44,141 nucleotides of DNA from a virus (Duplodnaviria > Caudoviricetes): positions 1 through 44,141 of IMG/VR virus record IMGVR_UViG_3300034993_000102. One strand, given 5' to 3'. Within the stretch, counting starts at the first letter, position 1. Each line of letters starts with the position of its first letter. A program made the position numbers and the translations under genes. The notes beneath the pieces are model-generated. The model searched no databases, was not told where the DNA came from, and worked only from the letters and a program-made list of their open reading frames with translations. This document shows, piece by piece, positions 9,495-17,897 of this stretch.

Positions 9495-10213
9495 AGCCAG
9501 TTGTCCACATGACGATGAACACGGCGGACTTCAACCGAGTCCTCAGGGATTGTTACGCGCAGAGTTCGCGGACAATGCCCGACTTCATCAACGGCCAAGC
9601 CTATCGGCTCGCATTGGACGCGGTGAACGCCACGCAGCGTGCGGACGCGAACAAGATTGCATGGTCGCTCGGGCAGACGGATCGCCGATTCGTGAATAAG
9701 CGCACGGGAGGGATGCTTAAAACGCCCCGTCGGGTTTACGGAAGCAGCGCCGCCAGCTTGAACCTGTACCGGATCGTCAACTGGAGGCGGGCGCGCACCA
9801 ACAAGGCCGGAATCGCCGGCGCCGAGATGTCGGCGGCGGCCCGCAGGATGCGTGCCGCGGCTCTGCGTTCCACGGCGTTCATTGCGAGCGGCTGGCTATG
9901 GGCAATCAAGCGGCTGGCGGTGGCGACCAGGGACAAGAAGGGGCAAGTTCGTTTCCCGCTGAAGTTATCCGGCCAGCCAAAGGGATGGGCGCGCGTGGCC
10001 ACCTTCACGCTTAACGGTGTGGTCGCGTGCGAGATTGGAAACACCTCGCTGCTCGAAATTTCAAAAGCCAGGACGGGACTTCGCCCGGGCAACCCTATGC
10101 CGATTGCGGAACGCGGCATGGCCATCGCACGACACATGACGGCCAGTAACATGATTGAGCACCTCCGTGGAAAGCTGCAGCCAGTCCTAAACCGCTTTAG
10201 CGCACGTCGATGA
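9491..10213 (+). CDS. Putative tail completion/neck protein (basic)
   Basis: Arg-rich, ATGA-coupled, neck-module position. Confidence 0.5.
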   Translation: MKPVVHMTMNTADFNRVLRDCYAQSSRTMPDFINGQAYRLALDAVNATQRADANKIAWSLGQTDRRFVNKRTGGMLKTPRRVYGSSAASLNLYRIVNWRRARTNKAGIAGAEMSAAARRMRAAALRSTAFIASGWLWAIKRLAVATRDKKGQVRFPLKLSGQPKGWARVATFTLNGVVACEIGNTSLLEISKARTGLRPGNPMPIAERGMAIARHMTASNMIEHLRGKLQPVLNRFSARR

Positions 10214-10686
10214 GCTACGCGAATCACATCGCACATAAAACACAGCTAGCCGCGCAGGCCTATCTGCAAGCCGCGGTGACGGCCGGAACGCTCACGCTGA
10301 TTTCATCGGGCAGCATTTACGCTGGCCTCGGGGCCGACACCGTGACCGCGCAGCGCGTGGTCTGCGTATGCCGCGCCGCGGAGAACGAGGAAACGCTGAA
10401 TATCGGGAACTGGGTGGCAGAACTGGAGATCATAACGCGCTCGCCGTTTGCCGACACGACTGAGGATGATTTTCATTTGCTATGCTCAGAGGTATGGGCG
10501 CACTTTTTCGTTTCAGAGTCCGATCTACAAACCGGCCTAAGCAACGCCACTATAGAATATACCGCTTTCAAGCACTATATTAGGGCTCAGTCTTGGGACA
10601 TAGAGCCTGGGGCGGACGGACAGCCCGCGGAGTGGGTTAGTCGGTTGACGCTTGCGGTCAAGTGTTGCGGTTCAGTTATAGCATAA
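10210..10686 (+). CDS. Putative tail terminator protein
   Basis: Acidic 158-aa protein directly before tail-tube-like genes. Confidence 0.5.
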   Translation: MSYANHIAHKTQLAAQAYLQAAVTAGTLTLISSGSIYAGLGADTVTAQRVVCVCRAAENEETLNIGNWVAELEIITRSPFADTTEDDFHLLCSEVWAHFFVSESDLQTGLSNATIEYTAFKHYIRAQSWDIEPGADGQPAEWVSRLTLAVKCCGSVIA

Positions 10687-10699
10687 CAGAGGAAAATAT

Positions 10700-11197
10700 A
10701 TGGCAGCAGCAGCGGAAATTTTAGTAGGTGCAGCCGTCATCAACGGCATTCAGGGGACCATCGCGACGACGAGCGCGGCGCCAGCCACGCACGTTATGAA
10801 CACCGGCACGCGCACCCTGAGCCACGATTTTAAGATGGAGGAGATCCCAGCCCAGAACGGAGCCACCATCGCGACTATCGTGGCCTGCCAGCGGCGCAAG
10901 ATTCTGGAGCTGGAGTTTTTCCCATCAGGAACGACGCGTGCGAACGCCATCGCGGAAGTGGCGGAACTGACGGCACTCACAGCCTACGCCGTGATCACCA
11001 TCACTCAGAGCGGCACTCCGGCGCTCGCCTCGGCTGGCTTGCAGAAGGTGGGAGGTTCGGCGGCGACCTACAACCTGATGAGCGGGATGACAACGCGTGA
11101 GTCTCGCGACGGAATTCTGAGCGTAGTTATGCGGCTCGAAGCCGTGCAAACCAATTCCAGCGACAGCCTGATTTTTGCCGCTCTCGCAATCGTTTAA
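10700..11197 (+). CDS. Putative tail tube protein, paralog 1
   Basis: Synteny; Ala/Thr/Gly-rich; clear similarity to next gene. Confidence 0.55.
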   Translation: MAAAAEILVGAAVINGIQGTIATTSAAPATHVMNTGTRTLSHDFKMEEIPAQNGATIATIVACQRRKILELEFFPSGTTRANAIAEVAELTALTAYAVITITQSGTPALASAGLQKVGGSAATYNLMSGMTTRESRDGILSVVMRLEAVQTNSSDSLIFAALAIV

Positions 11198-11210
11198 CCG
11201 AGGAACACAT

Positions 11211-11663
11211 ATGCCAGCATTTGAAATCATCGCAGGCGAGGCCGTTATCAACGGTTTCCCCGGCACAATCACCATGACCGGAGCCGCGACGTTCAACGCC
11301 GGCACGCGCAGCTTCTCGGCAGAGTTCAAGTCCGAGGACGTGCCTTCTCAGGACGGCGGGACTATTGCGACCCGTGTGGCGAGCCAACAGAAGCGGAAGA
11401 TCGATGTTGAGTTTTTCCCGACGGGCGCAACCCGCGCCGCGGCAATCGCCGTGGTTGCCTCACTGGAGGCGCTGCTTCCGCTCGACGTTATTACAATCGG
11501 CGGCTCTGGCTCTGCCGTGGCCGCAACGGTTGGGACGTGGAACCTGATTTCCATGCCAGTGTTCAAGGAGTCGCGCGACGGCATCTTGAGCGTTTCGCTT
11601 TCGCTTCTCGCGCACGAATCGACCACGGCGGGCACCTTCGCTGGCCTGACAATCGCCTCTTGA
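11211..11663 (+). CDS. Putative tail tube protein, paralog 2
   Basis: Shares AVING, GTR, G.TIAT, EFFP.G.TRA.AIA, ESRDGILSV with paralog 1. Confidence 0.55.
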   Translation: MPAFEIIAGEAVINGFPGTITMTGAATFNAGTRSFSAEFKSEDVPSQDGGTIATRVASQQKRKIDVEFFPTGATRAAAIAVVASLEALLPLDVITIGGSGSAVAATVGTWNLISMPVFKESRDGILSVSLSLLAHESTTAGTFAGLTIAS

Positions 11664-11666
11664 TGT

Positions 11667-12233
11667 GTGTCTGATTTCTCACAAGCAATCCTCGATCCGC
11701 CGCAGCCGCGTATCATCGGCTTGCGGATGCGCCCGTTCTCGATCGGGCACCGGCTGATCCTGACGCAGATTGATTCGGCGTTTGTGGCGGGCCGCGTGCC
11801 GCTTTACGAAGACCTCATAGCGTCTGTGTTCGTGTGTGCGTGGTCGTGGGAAGAAAACCAACGGCTCGCTGCGTCGCCACGCCGCCGCTGGCTGCATTTC
11901 AAGCTGTGGGGACTGCTCGCCGGGCGGTTCGACATACCGGGCGCCATGCTGGCGTTTCTAAATTACATCCGCACGGGTGACGTTTTCCCCGAGACTAATT
12001 CACCGGACAGCGATTCAACCACGCGCGAATTAGGTTCTGACCAGCTTGCCAGGTTATACCTATTTCTGCGATCTAGCGGCTTCGATGATAGTTCCACGTG
12101 GAACATGCCTATAAACGCTGCCAACGCGATGCACGCGGCGAAGCTGGAGGAGGATGGAAAACTGTCACTTATTGGCCCGTCGCGCCGCGCGCTGTTAGAT
12201 CTGGTTCGTAAGCAACAGGGGGTGGCGGCATGA
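11667..12233 (+). CDS. Putative tail assembly chaperone
   Basis: Between tube genes and tape measure. Confidence 0.5.
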   Translation: MSDFSQAILDPPQPRIIGLRMRPFSIGHRLILTQIDSAFVAGRVPLYEDLIASVFVCAWSWEENQRLAASPRRRWLHFKLWGLLAGRFDIPGAMLAFLNYIRTGDVFPETNSPDSDSTTRELGSDQLARLYLFLRSSGFDDSSTWNMPINAANAMHAAKLEEDGKLSLIGPSRRALLDLVRKQQGVAA

Positions 12234-13402
12234 GCATTCTGAAACTAGCGGCCATGCTCACGCTCGACGGGACCGGCTTCAAGGCGGGACTGAAGGAGGC
12301 TGAGGTTGCGTCGAATAAGTTCGCGGCACAGGTTAAAAGCAAACTCACGGGGGCTTTCGGGGCAACGGCTATCAGCTTCGCGGTCAAGCAGTTGATAGAT
12401 TACAACTCAAAGATCAGGGACACCGCGACGGCGCTGGACATTTCCACGGACGCACTTCAGGAGCAGACGTTTTGGGCTACTCAAAACGGGGCTTCAATGG
12501 ACGACTTGGCGATGGCCTACAAAGGGCTTGCCAAAGCAAGGGCGGAAGCACTCGGAGGAGGAAAGCAGGTCGGGCTGTTCGCCGCGATGGGAATCAGCGA
12601 GGCCGATCTCCGCGGCTCGTCAATCGAATCACTGTTCAAGCGCGTTGCCGACAAGTTCCGTACTACGGACTTCGGTGGAGACAAGATGGCCGCGGCTCAG
12701 GGGTTATTCGGCAGGGGCGGAATGGCGATGCTTCCAGCCCTTGAGCAATCACTTGCGGACGCATCAACCAGGGCACACGAGCTAGCGCAAATAATCGGCG
12801 TGGATGTCAATTCAGCCCTCGAAGAAATGGGCGACCGGCTTGATGTCATCGGCACGGCGCTAAAGAACGTCGGGAGCGTTTCGCTCTTGGGCGTTATCAA
12901 GGGAGTTGACCTAGGCATCACAACGCTTGGCATGGGCATTCTAGGACTGGAGCAGCAGTCCATCCGATTCCTTCACGCGATCCTAGCGACCATCGGCCAG
13001 ATCCCCGGCATGAAAACGCCAGCCCTGCAAGGAATGCTAAGGGACAGGGATGCCGAGGTTGGAATGGCTTCCGACGAAATGTTCAACGCCATGCTGGACC
13101 GATACGATCCAGCGAAATTGGCCGAGAGAACAGCACGCAAAAAGCGAGGCGAGGAGATTTTCGTGGCACCCATAAAACCCGAGGTAATCGCAAAGGCGGT
13201 GGCATTCCACGCCAGCCGCGCCGCTCAACTCTCCGCCGGCTCACTGACCAGCGTCGGCCAATGGAGCGGGCGCAACTTGATCGGCTCGGGCGGAAGCAAC
13301 GACCCAACGGAGAAGCTCAGGCACGAGCAGGAGAAGACCACAAAAGCCGTTGAGAAGCTCGCCGAAAAACTGAAACCCAAAACCCTGATTGCTGTTCCAT
13401 GA
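12230..13402 (+). CDS. Tape measure protein (short, 390 aa)
   Basis: L.LDGTGFKAGL N-terminus, Ala/Gly-rich helical, LFGRGG.AMLP.L motif. Confidence 0.8.
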   Translation: MSILKLAAMLTLDGTGFKAGLKEAEVASNKFAAQVKSKLTGAFGATAISFAVKQLIDYNSKIRDTATALDISTDALQEQTFWATQNGASMDDLAMAYKGLAKARAEALGGGKQVGLFAAMGISEADLRGSSIESLFKRVADKFRTTDFGGDKMAAAQGLFGRGGMAMLPALEQSLADASTRAHELAQIIGVDVNSALEEMGDRLDVIGTALKNVGSVSLLGVIKGVDLGITTLGMGILGLEQQSIRFLHAILATIGQIPGMKTPALQGMLRDRDAEVGMASDEMFNAMLDRYDPAKLAERTARKKRGEEIFVAPIKPEVIAKAVAFHASRAAQLSAGSLTSVGQWSGRNLIGSGGSNDPTEKLRHEQEKTTKAVEKLAEKLKPKTLIAVP

Positions 13403-14196
13403 GCAACTGCATTATTGCCGGAAATCCCGCCCCGCAGCAGATGCCCACGCGCATGACCGCGCGACGCATCGGCGGGCGCGACTACGAGCAGCGTTGGCAC
13501 GGCGAGGCGGAAGCGGTGCGGACCTACTATGAGGTGCTGGTAGCTTCCGGCGCGGACGAAGTGACCTACGACCAGGCGCCCGGGAGCGCTGTGGCGATGG
13601 TTTCGGCGCGCTATTCAGGCACATACGGCGAGCCGAATGAGCAGGCGGTCGAAACAATGGAGATCGATTTCGCGGATGTCACTTTCCCGATTCACCAAAA
13701 CCCGTCTTTCGTTGGCCTGAGCACGCAATCAATCCGGCTGCTGGAGGACGCGATCAAGAATGAGACGGGGCGCGACGAGGTTCTGGCTTCGATGATCGAC
13801 CTCATCGGCGAGGCCGCAACAGACAACGGAACGGGATCGCACGGCGACTATTGGGACACCCGCGCCCGGGGTATCGAGTCCTATCGCGTTTTCGTTCCTG
13901 TCGTTGTCTGGACGCGCACAGTGAGCGCGCAATATCCCGCCGGGCTTGAACTCGACAACGTTGGGTCAATCTTCAGCACCGCGGCGCTGTCTTCCGCAAT
14001 GGGAACCCCGATCCTGTTCAGCATACCCACGGGCAACGTCGGCATCGCCGCGGGCGGTTCTGCGCCTCAGTTTTACGCCGGCTGGCTCAAGACCGGCCGC
14101 GTGAGTCTGCAAAGCGACGGCAAGATCCAACTCGTGCTCAAAGGCGAATACGGACTGTGGGCCGGGAACCTCTACACCATCGTGAGTTCTGACTGA
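13399..14196 (+). CDS. Putative distal tail/baseplate protein
   Basis: Follows tape measure, coupled. Confidence 0.5.
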   Translation: MSNCIIAGNPAPQQMPTRMTARRIGGRDYEQRWHGEAEAVRTYYEVLVASGADEVTYDQAPGSAVAMVSARYSGTYGEPNEQAVETMEIDFADVTFPIHQNPSFVGLSTQSIRLLEDAIKNETGRDEVLASMIDLIGEAATDNGTGSHGDYWDTRARGIESYRVFVPVVVWTRTVSAQYPAGLELDNVGSIFSTAALSSAMGTPILFSIPTGNVGIAAGGSAPQFYAGWLKTGRVSLQSDGKIQLVLKGEYGLWAGNLYTIVSSD

Positions 14197-14915
14197 TGAA
14201 AGAACTCGCAAAACCCACCGTCGGCGATTCGGACCTCGGGCAATGGCTGAACCGGATTCGTGAGAACATCGGGGAACGCACCCCGCGCGCGGGAGACGGC
14301 ATTCGGATCGATTACTTCCCGGACCACTTCAAGATTCACAGCACGGCAAAGGGTGGTGGCGGCGGCTTCGCTGGCGAGCAGATGCTTGTCACCACGACAA
14401 AGAAGAACCACCTCGAATGCCGGCGCGTGACCGTATCGGATGATGGTGTCAGGACAGCTACCAGCGAGATTATCCGCGTCGCGAAGCCGGACGAACTGCG
14501 CTCAATCGGTTGGGACTCAAACGACCGCTCAATAGCGGGCCTGTCCACGACCATTGCCGGCTACCAGTACGACTACACGCCCGACACCGCGCCCTGGAAC
14601 CAGCGCACAACTACGCTTGTGGACGGCGAGGAGTTCGACGCCGAGGAAGTTGTTTTCTCGGAGCAGGTTTCACCGGACTACATAGAAAACCACACCGTGA
14701 TCCTTGCCGCGCGCGTGAAGCCCTCGCCGCTATTCACGGTGACGGAGGACGAAGGGACGCCCGAGGAGGCCACCTACAACATCGAGTGGATTGACATGAA
14801 CCTCGCCGGCCGCGTGTGGCTGCCGGAATACCGAAAGACCCGCGTGTGCGTGAGCGGGCAAACCGGGACGTGGTATGTGCTCATCCGCGCCAGTAACGCC
14901 TTTCAGGAGGGATAA
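14196..14915 (+). CDS. Putative tail tip/baseplate protein
   Basis: Synteny, acidic. Confidence 0.45.
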   Translation: MKELAKPTVGDSDLGQWLNRIRENIGERTPRAGDGIRIDYFPDHFKIHSTAKGGGGGFAGEQMLVTTTKKNHLECRRVTVSDDGVRTATSEIIRVAKPDELRSIGWDSNDRSIAGLSTTIAGYQYDYTPDTAPWNQRTTTLVDGEEFDAEEVVFSEQVSPDYIENHTVILAARVKPSPLFTVTEDEGTPEEATYNIEWIDMNLAGRVWLPEYRKTRVCVSGQTGTWYVLIRASNAFQEG

Positions 14916-15877
14916 TGGCAACCGGAGATCTAGCTTTTGCTTGTCAGTGTGAATGCCCTTCGTGTGAACGCTACTGGATTCGCACCGCGTCGCGTCCGTG
15001 GACTGGAGCGATCTTTCTCGGACTTCGCTTTCGGGATTATCACGAACTTTTCGAGCCATCTGCGTTCTATCAGCCATCCGATTTCAACCTGACTTTCAGC
15101 ACCGCCCGCACGAACTACGGCGCTTTTGAATTATCTGGGGAGGTTGGGTTTCTGCCATCGTTTGCGCTGAATTTCCCGATTCATCCAGAAGATGCCGTCG
15201 TTTTTTCCGACGCGCCAGGCGCCTACGTGTTCACCTACGACGAGGCCACTGATCCGGCTTACTCGCACCTGACATCTTTCGAGGCCGCTAACGATTACTC
15301 CGTGCGGTGGGTTTTAGATTTCACCGTGGCTGGAAACGCCATGCACGCCGAGTTGACGTTCGGCGATTGGTTCAGCGTCACGGAACTGGAGGCGATACTT
15401 CAGGAAGAACTGGAGGACGCTAGGGAGTCGTTCATTGACGCCGTGAACGGAAGCCCAACCTACGGGCTCGCCACCTATTACGACGACACATTGCTACCCG
15501 CAGACCCGCGCGGATTCAATTCCCAGTCGGTAGGTGGATCGGTGGGTGGCTTCTACGATCAGTGCGAAATCAGCAGCGTGCCGCTTCCGGTAACTTTCAC
15601 AAAGAGCAATGACGCATCGGTCGGGTTTGCTAGCCGATGTATAGATGCGCGCGCTGACGTTGCAAACGCACTCAGGCGTTCAACGATATATGTTTCCGGC
15701 TTTCACCGCGTCACAACCCATCCGGTCGAGTTCTATTTATCACCTTCCGGCGTTGGCATAAGAACCGACACCGCGGCCACGTCCTGCCAGGAAATAACAG
15801 TTTCCGGCTCATACCTAATCGAGCCACCTACAGAAAACGAGCTTTGGAGGACTTGGGGAGAGAACCAGCAATGCTAA
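14915..15877 (+). CDS. Putative tail protein with N-terminal Cys cluster
   Basis: CQCECPSC near N-terminus; coupled ORF. Confidence 0.45.
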   Translation: MATGDLAFACQCECPSCERYWIRTASRPWTGAIFLGLRFRDYHELFEPSAFYQPSDFNLTFSTARTNYGAFELSGEVGFLPSFALNFPIHPEDAVVFSDAPGAYVFTYDEATDPAYSHLTSFEAANDYSVRWVLDFTVAGNAMHAELTFGDWFSVTELEAILQEELEDARESFIDAVNGSPTYGLATYYDDTLLPADPRGFNSQSVGGSVGGFYDQCEISSVPLPVTFTKSNDASVGFASRCIDARADVANALRRSTIYVSGFHRVTTHPVEFYLSPSGVGIRTDTAATSCQEITVSGSYLIEPPTENELWRTWGENQQC

Positions 15878-15906
15878 TTGCTTTCTATGTCAACACATAG
15901 CAAAAT
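15878..15906 (+). promoter_or_regulatory. Candidate promoter TTGCTT-N17-CAAAAT with palindrome CTATGT-N4-ACATAG in spacer
   Basis: Fills the intergenic gap before the adsorption module; GGAGG follows. Confidence 0.5.
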
Positions 15907-15915
15907 GGAGGAGCG

Positions 15916-16506
15916 ATGTCATTAGAGAACCTATGCTTTAACCTCAGCACGGGGCGCTTCGTGCGTTCCGCGACATCGCCGACGCCGACGGACTGGCCGG
16001 TATTTGGTTACGGGGACGCGCGCGATTTCGCCGTTACGTTCGTTTCGGCCACCAGCGATACGCGCGTGCAGGTCGAGACCGCGGTGACCAGCGCGAAGAT
16101 AACCCTATCAAATCCCCTGACGCTCGCCGAGTGGACGAGCGCGGACGCCTCGGCAGCGACGGCCAGTAGCGCATTCCCGTTCCTTCTGCCGGTTACAAGC
16201 TCGAACCTGTCAACGTTTATGAGCGGCAAGATCACGAACCAGATGGCCTATTGCGAGTTCCTGCTGGGGACCGCTTCCGGCTCGAACCGATACGGATCTA
16301 CGATCTACATCAAGCCACAACTCAACACGGGGGTAACGAGCGTGGCCGTGGTTAGCGACGTGGCGCTCGGGAAGAATGAGGCGCAGGGAATCTATGTCAG
16401 CAAGGCTCCAGCCAAAGGGACAAGGATACTTTTCACGGACGAAATCACCGACCAGCTTTATTCCGTCGGGTTTGCTAACGGGCAGTTCCTGGCCGAGCTT
16501 TTATGA
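15916..16506 (+). CDS. Putative baseplate/fibre attachment protein
   Basis: YGD...F.V.F N-terminal pattern reminiscent of upper-baseplate domains; no signal peptide. Confidence 0.45.
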   Translation: MSLENLCFNLSTGRFVRSATSPTPTDWPVFGYGDARDFAVTFVSATSDTRVQVETAVTSAKITLSNPLTLAEWTSADASAATASSAFPFLLPVTSSNLSTFMSGKITNQMAYCEFLLGTASGSNRYGSTIYIKPQLNTGVTSVAVVSDVALGKNEAQGIYVSKAPAKGTRILFTDEITDQLYSVGFANGQFLAELL

Positions 16507-17894
16507 GAAACCTCTTTTTCGCTTTGATGATGTGCGCCGTGAGCGCGGAAGCGGCCTACGTGAGCGTCACTGTGACCTTCACTAACCGCACGATGATTGG
16601 CTCTAACTTCGTCGTGAACGGCGCCACGAAGCGCTGGACGAACGCGCCGCTGAACACCGTGGATTGGCTCACGACGAACTCGCCCGCGGGTAGCGCGACG
16701 AACCTTCAACGGTTCATGGCCGGGAACTTCCCGGCGTATTACTCGAGACTCACGACGGCAACCAACGTGGTGCTTTCCGGCACGGACCTTCAGTGGAGCA
16801 TTCCCGACAACGCAACCGTGGCGGACTCGTGCTGCGCCATCTCGACAAACAGCGCACCGACGACGAACTTTCACGCCATCCTCGTGCCGTGGGATACGCA
16901 GCCCTGGTCAACGAACCGCACCAACGACGCGGACGAACTCATTTACGGGCTGAACAAATACGCGCTCACGAATGCGTTTTCAACGAACGCGCAGGCGCTG
17001 TCGAACTACGTTTCAACCGGCTCAGGGGCGCAGACGTTTGGGAATAAGACGCTGACGAACTCGACGATTGCCGGCGGCACGCTCTCAACCAACGTCCTGA
17101 CGAATACGATCCGCGCGAATATCAACCTCGCCGTCATCACGAACATAACCGGATTCGGCGGCACGCTTTCAAACAACGTCGGCACGAACTGGACACGGCT
17201 GAACGTGGACAGGCTTCACGCCACGAATGCCATCGTTGACGCGCTGACAAACCGCATACTGGTGAGCACACAGATCGTCAGCTACGGAGCGGTCAAGATC
17301 AACACCAACGCAAACAGCGGCGTGGCTGCGTCGATATTGCTGGACAGCGTTTACTCGTTTTTTGCGGCCGGTAACTACGTCGGGATCGAGAACGTGGACA
17401 CCGGCCAGCAAATGCTGCGGATTGAATACGGCGGCAATACGGTAATCCCGGCACCACTGGTCGCGAGCAACGGCGTGACCGCCTACACCAACGCGCTCAC
17501 CGGGAACAACCTCACGAACTCAGTCATCCGCGGGACGAATGTTTGGAACGGGTCAGTGATTTACACGCCGCGCGCGAACAGCGGGCTCGCCAATGGATTC
17601 AACTCCGGGATCATCCTCGGGACAAACGTGTACGTACAACTCTCGGGGCCGTCGGGGCTTTACACGAACGTCGGCTTCGCGGCTGAACCTTCCGGATCTT
17701 ACCATATCGTGCGGCTCGCGATGCCAGCGGCCAACGTGACCATCCGAAACAATGACGGCCTGGAGGCGACGGCCGAGAACCGAATCACGACCGGCACGGG
17801 CGGCGAGCTGGTGCTCACGAACAATCCAGCCTGGCTGAAAGTCATTTACGACGGCACTAGCAGCCGGTGGCAGGTCATCGATCGGAGCAACTGA
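16503..17894 (+). CDS. Signal-peptide-bearing, TN-rich fibre-like protein
   Basis: MRNLFFALMMCAVSAEA|A signal; about 25 TN dipeptides; C-terminal YDGTSSRWQVI like tail-fibre domains. Confidence 0.7.
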   Translation: MRNLFFALMMCAVSAEAAYVSVTVTFTNRTMIGSNFVVNGATKRWTNAPLNTVDWLTTNSPAGSATNLQRFMAGNFPAYYSRLTTATNVVLSGTDLQWSIPDNATVADSCCAISTNSAPTTNFHAILVPWDTQPWSTNRTNDADELIYGLNKYALTNAFSTNAQALSNYVSTGSGAQTFGNKTLTNSTIAGGTLSTNVLTNTIRANINLAVITNITGFGGTLSNNVGTNWTRLNVDRLHATNAIVDALTNRILVSTQIVSYGAVKINTNANSGVAASILLDSVYSFFAAGNYVGIENVDTGQQMLRIEYGGNTVIPAPLVASNGVTAYTNALTGNNLTNSVIRGTNVWNGSVIYTPRANSGLANGFNSGIILGTNVYVQLSGPSGLYTNVGFAAEPSGSYHIVRLAMPAANVTIRNNDGLEATAENRITTGTGGELVLTNNPAWLKVIYDGTSSRWQVIDRSN

Positions 17895-17897
17895 CGA

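Noticed and set aside
11667-12233. Programmed frameshift in tail chaperone
   Set aside because: Single ORF reaches the tape measure start directly; no second overlapping frame is needed and no clear slippery site was found
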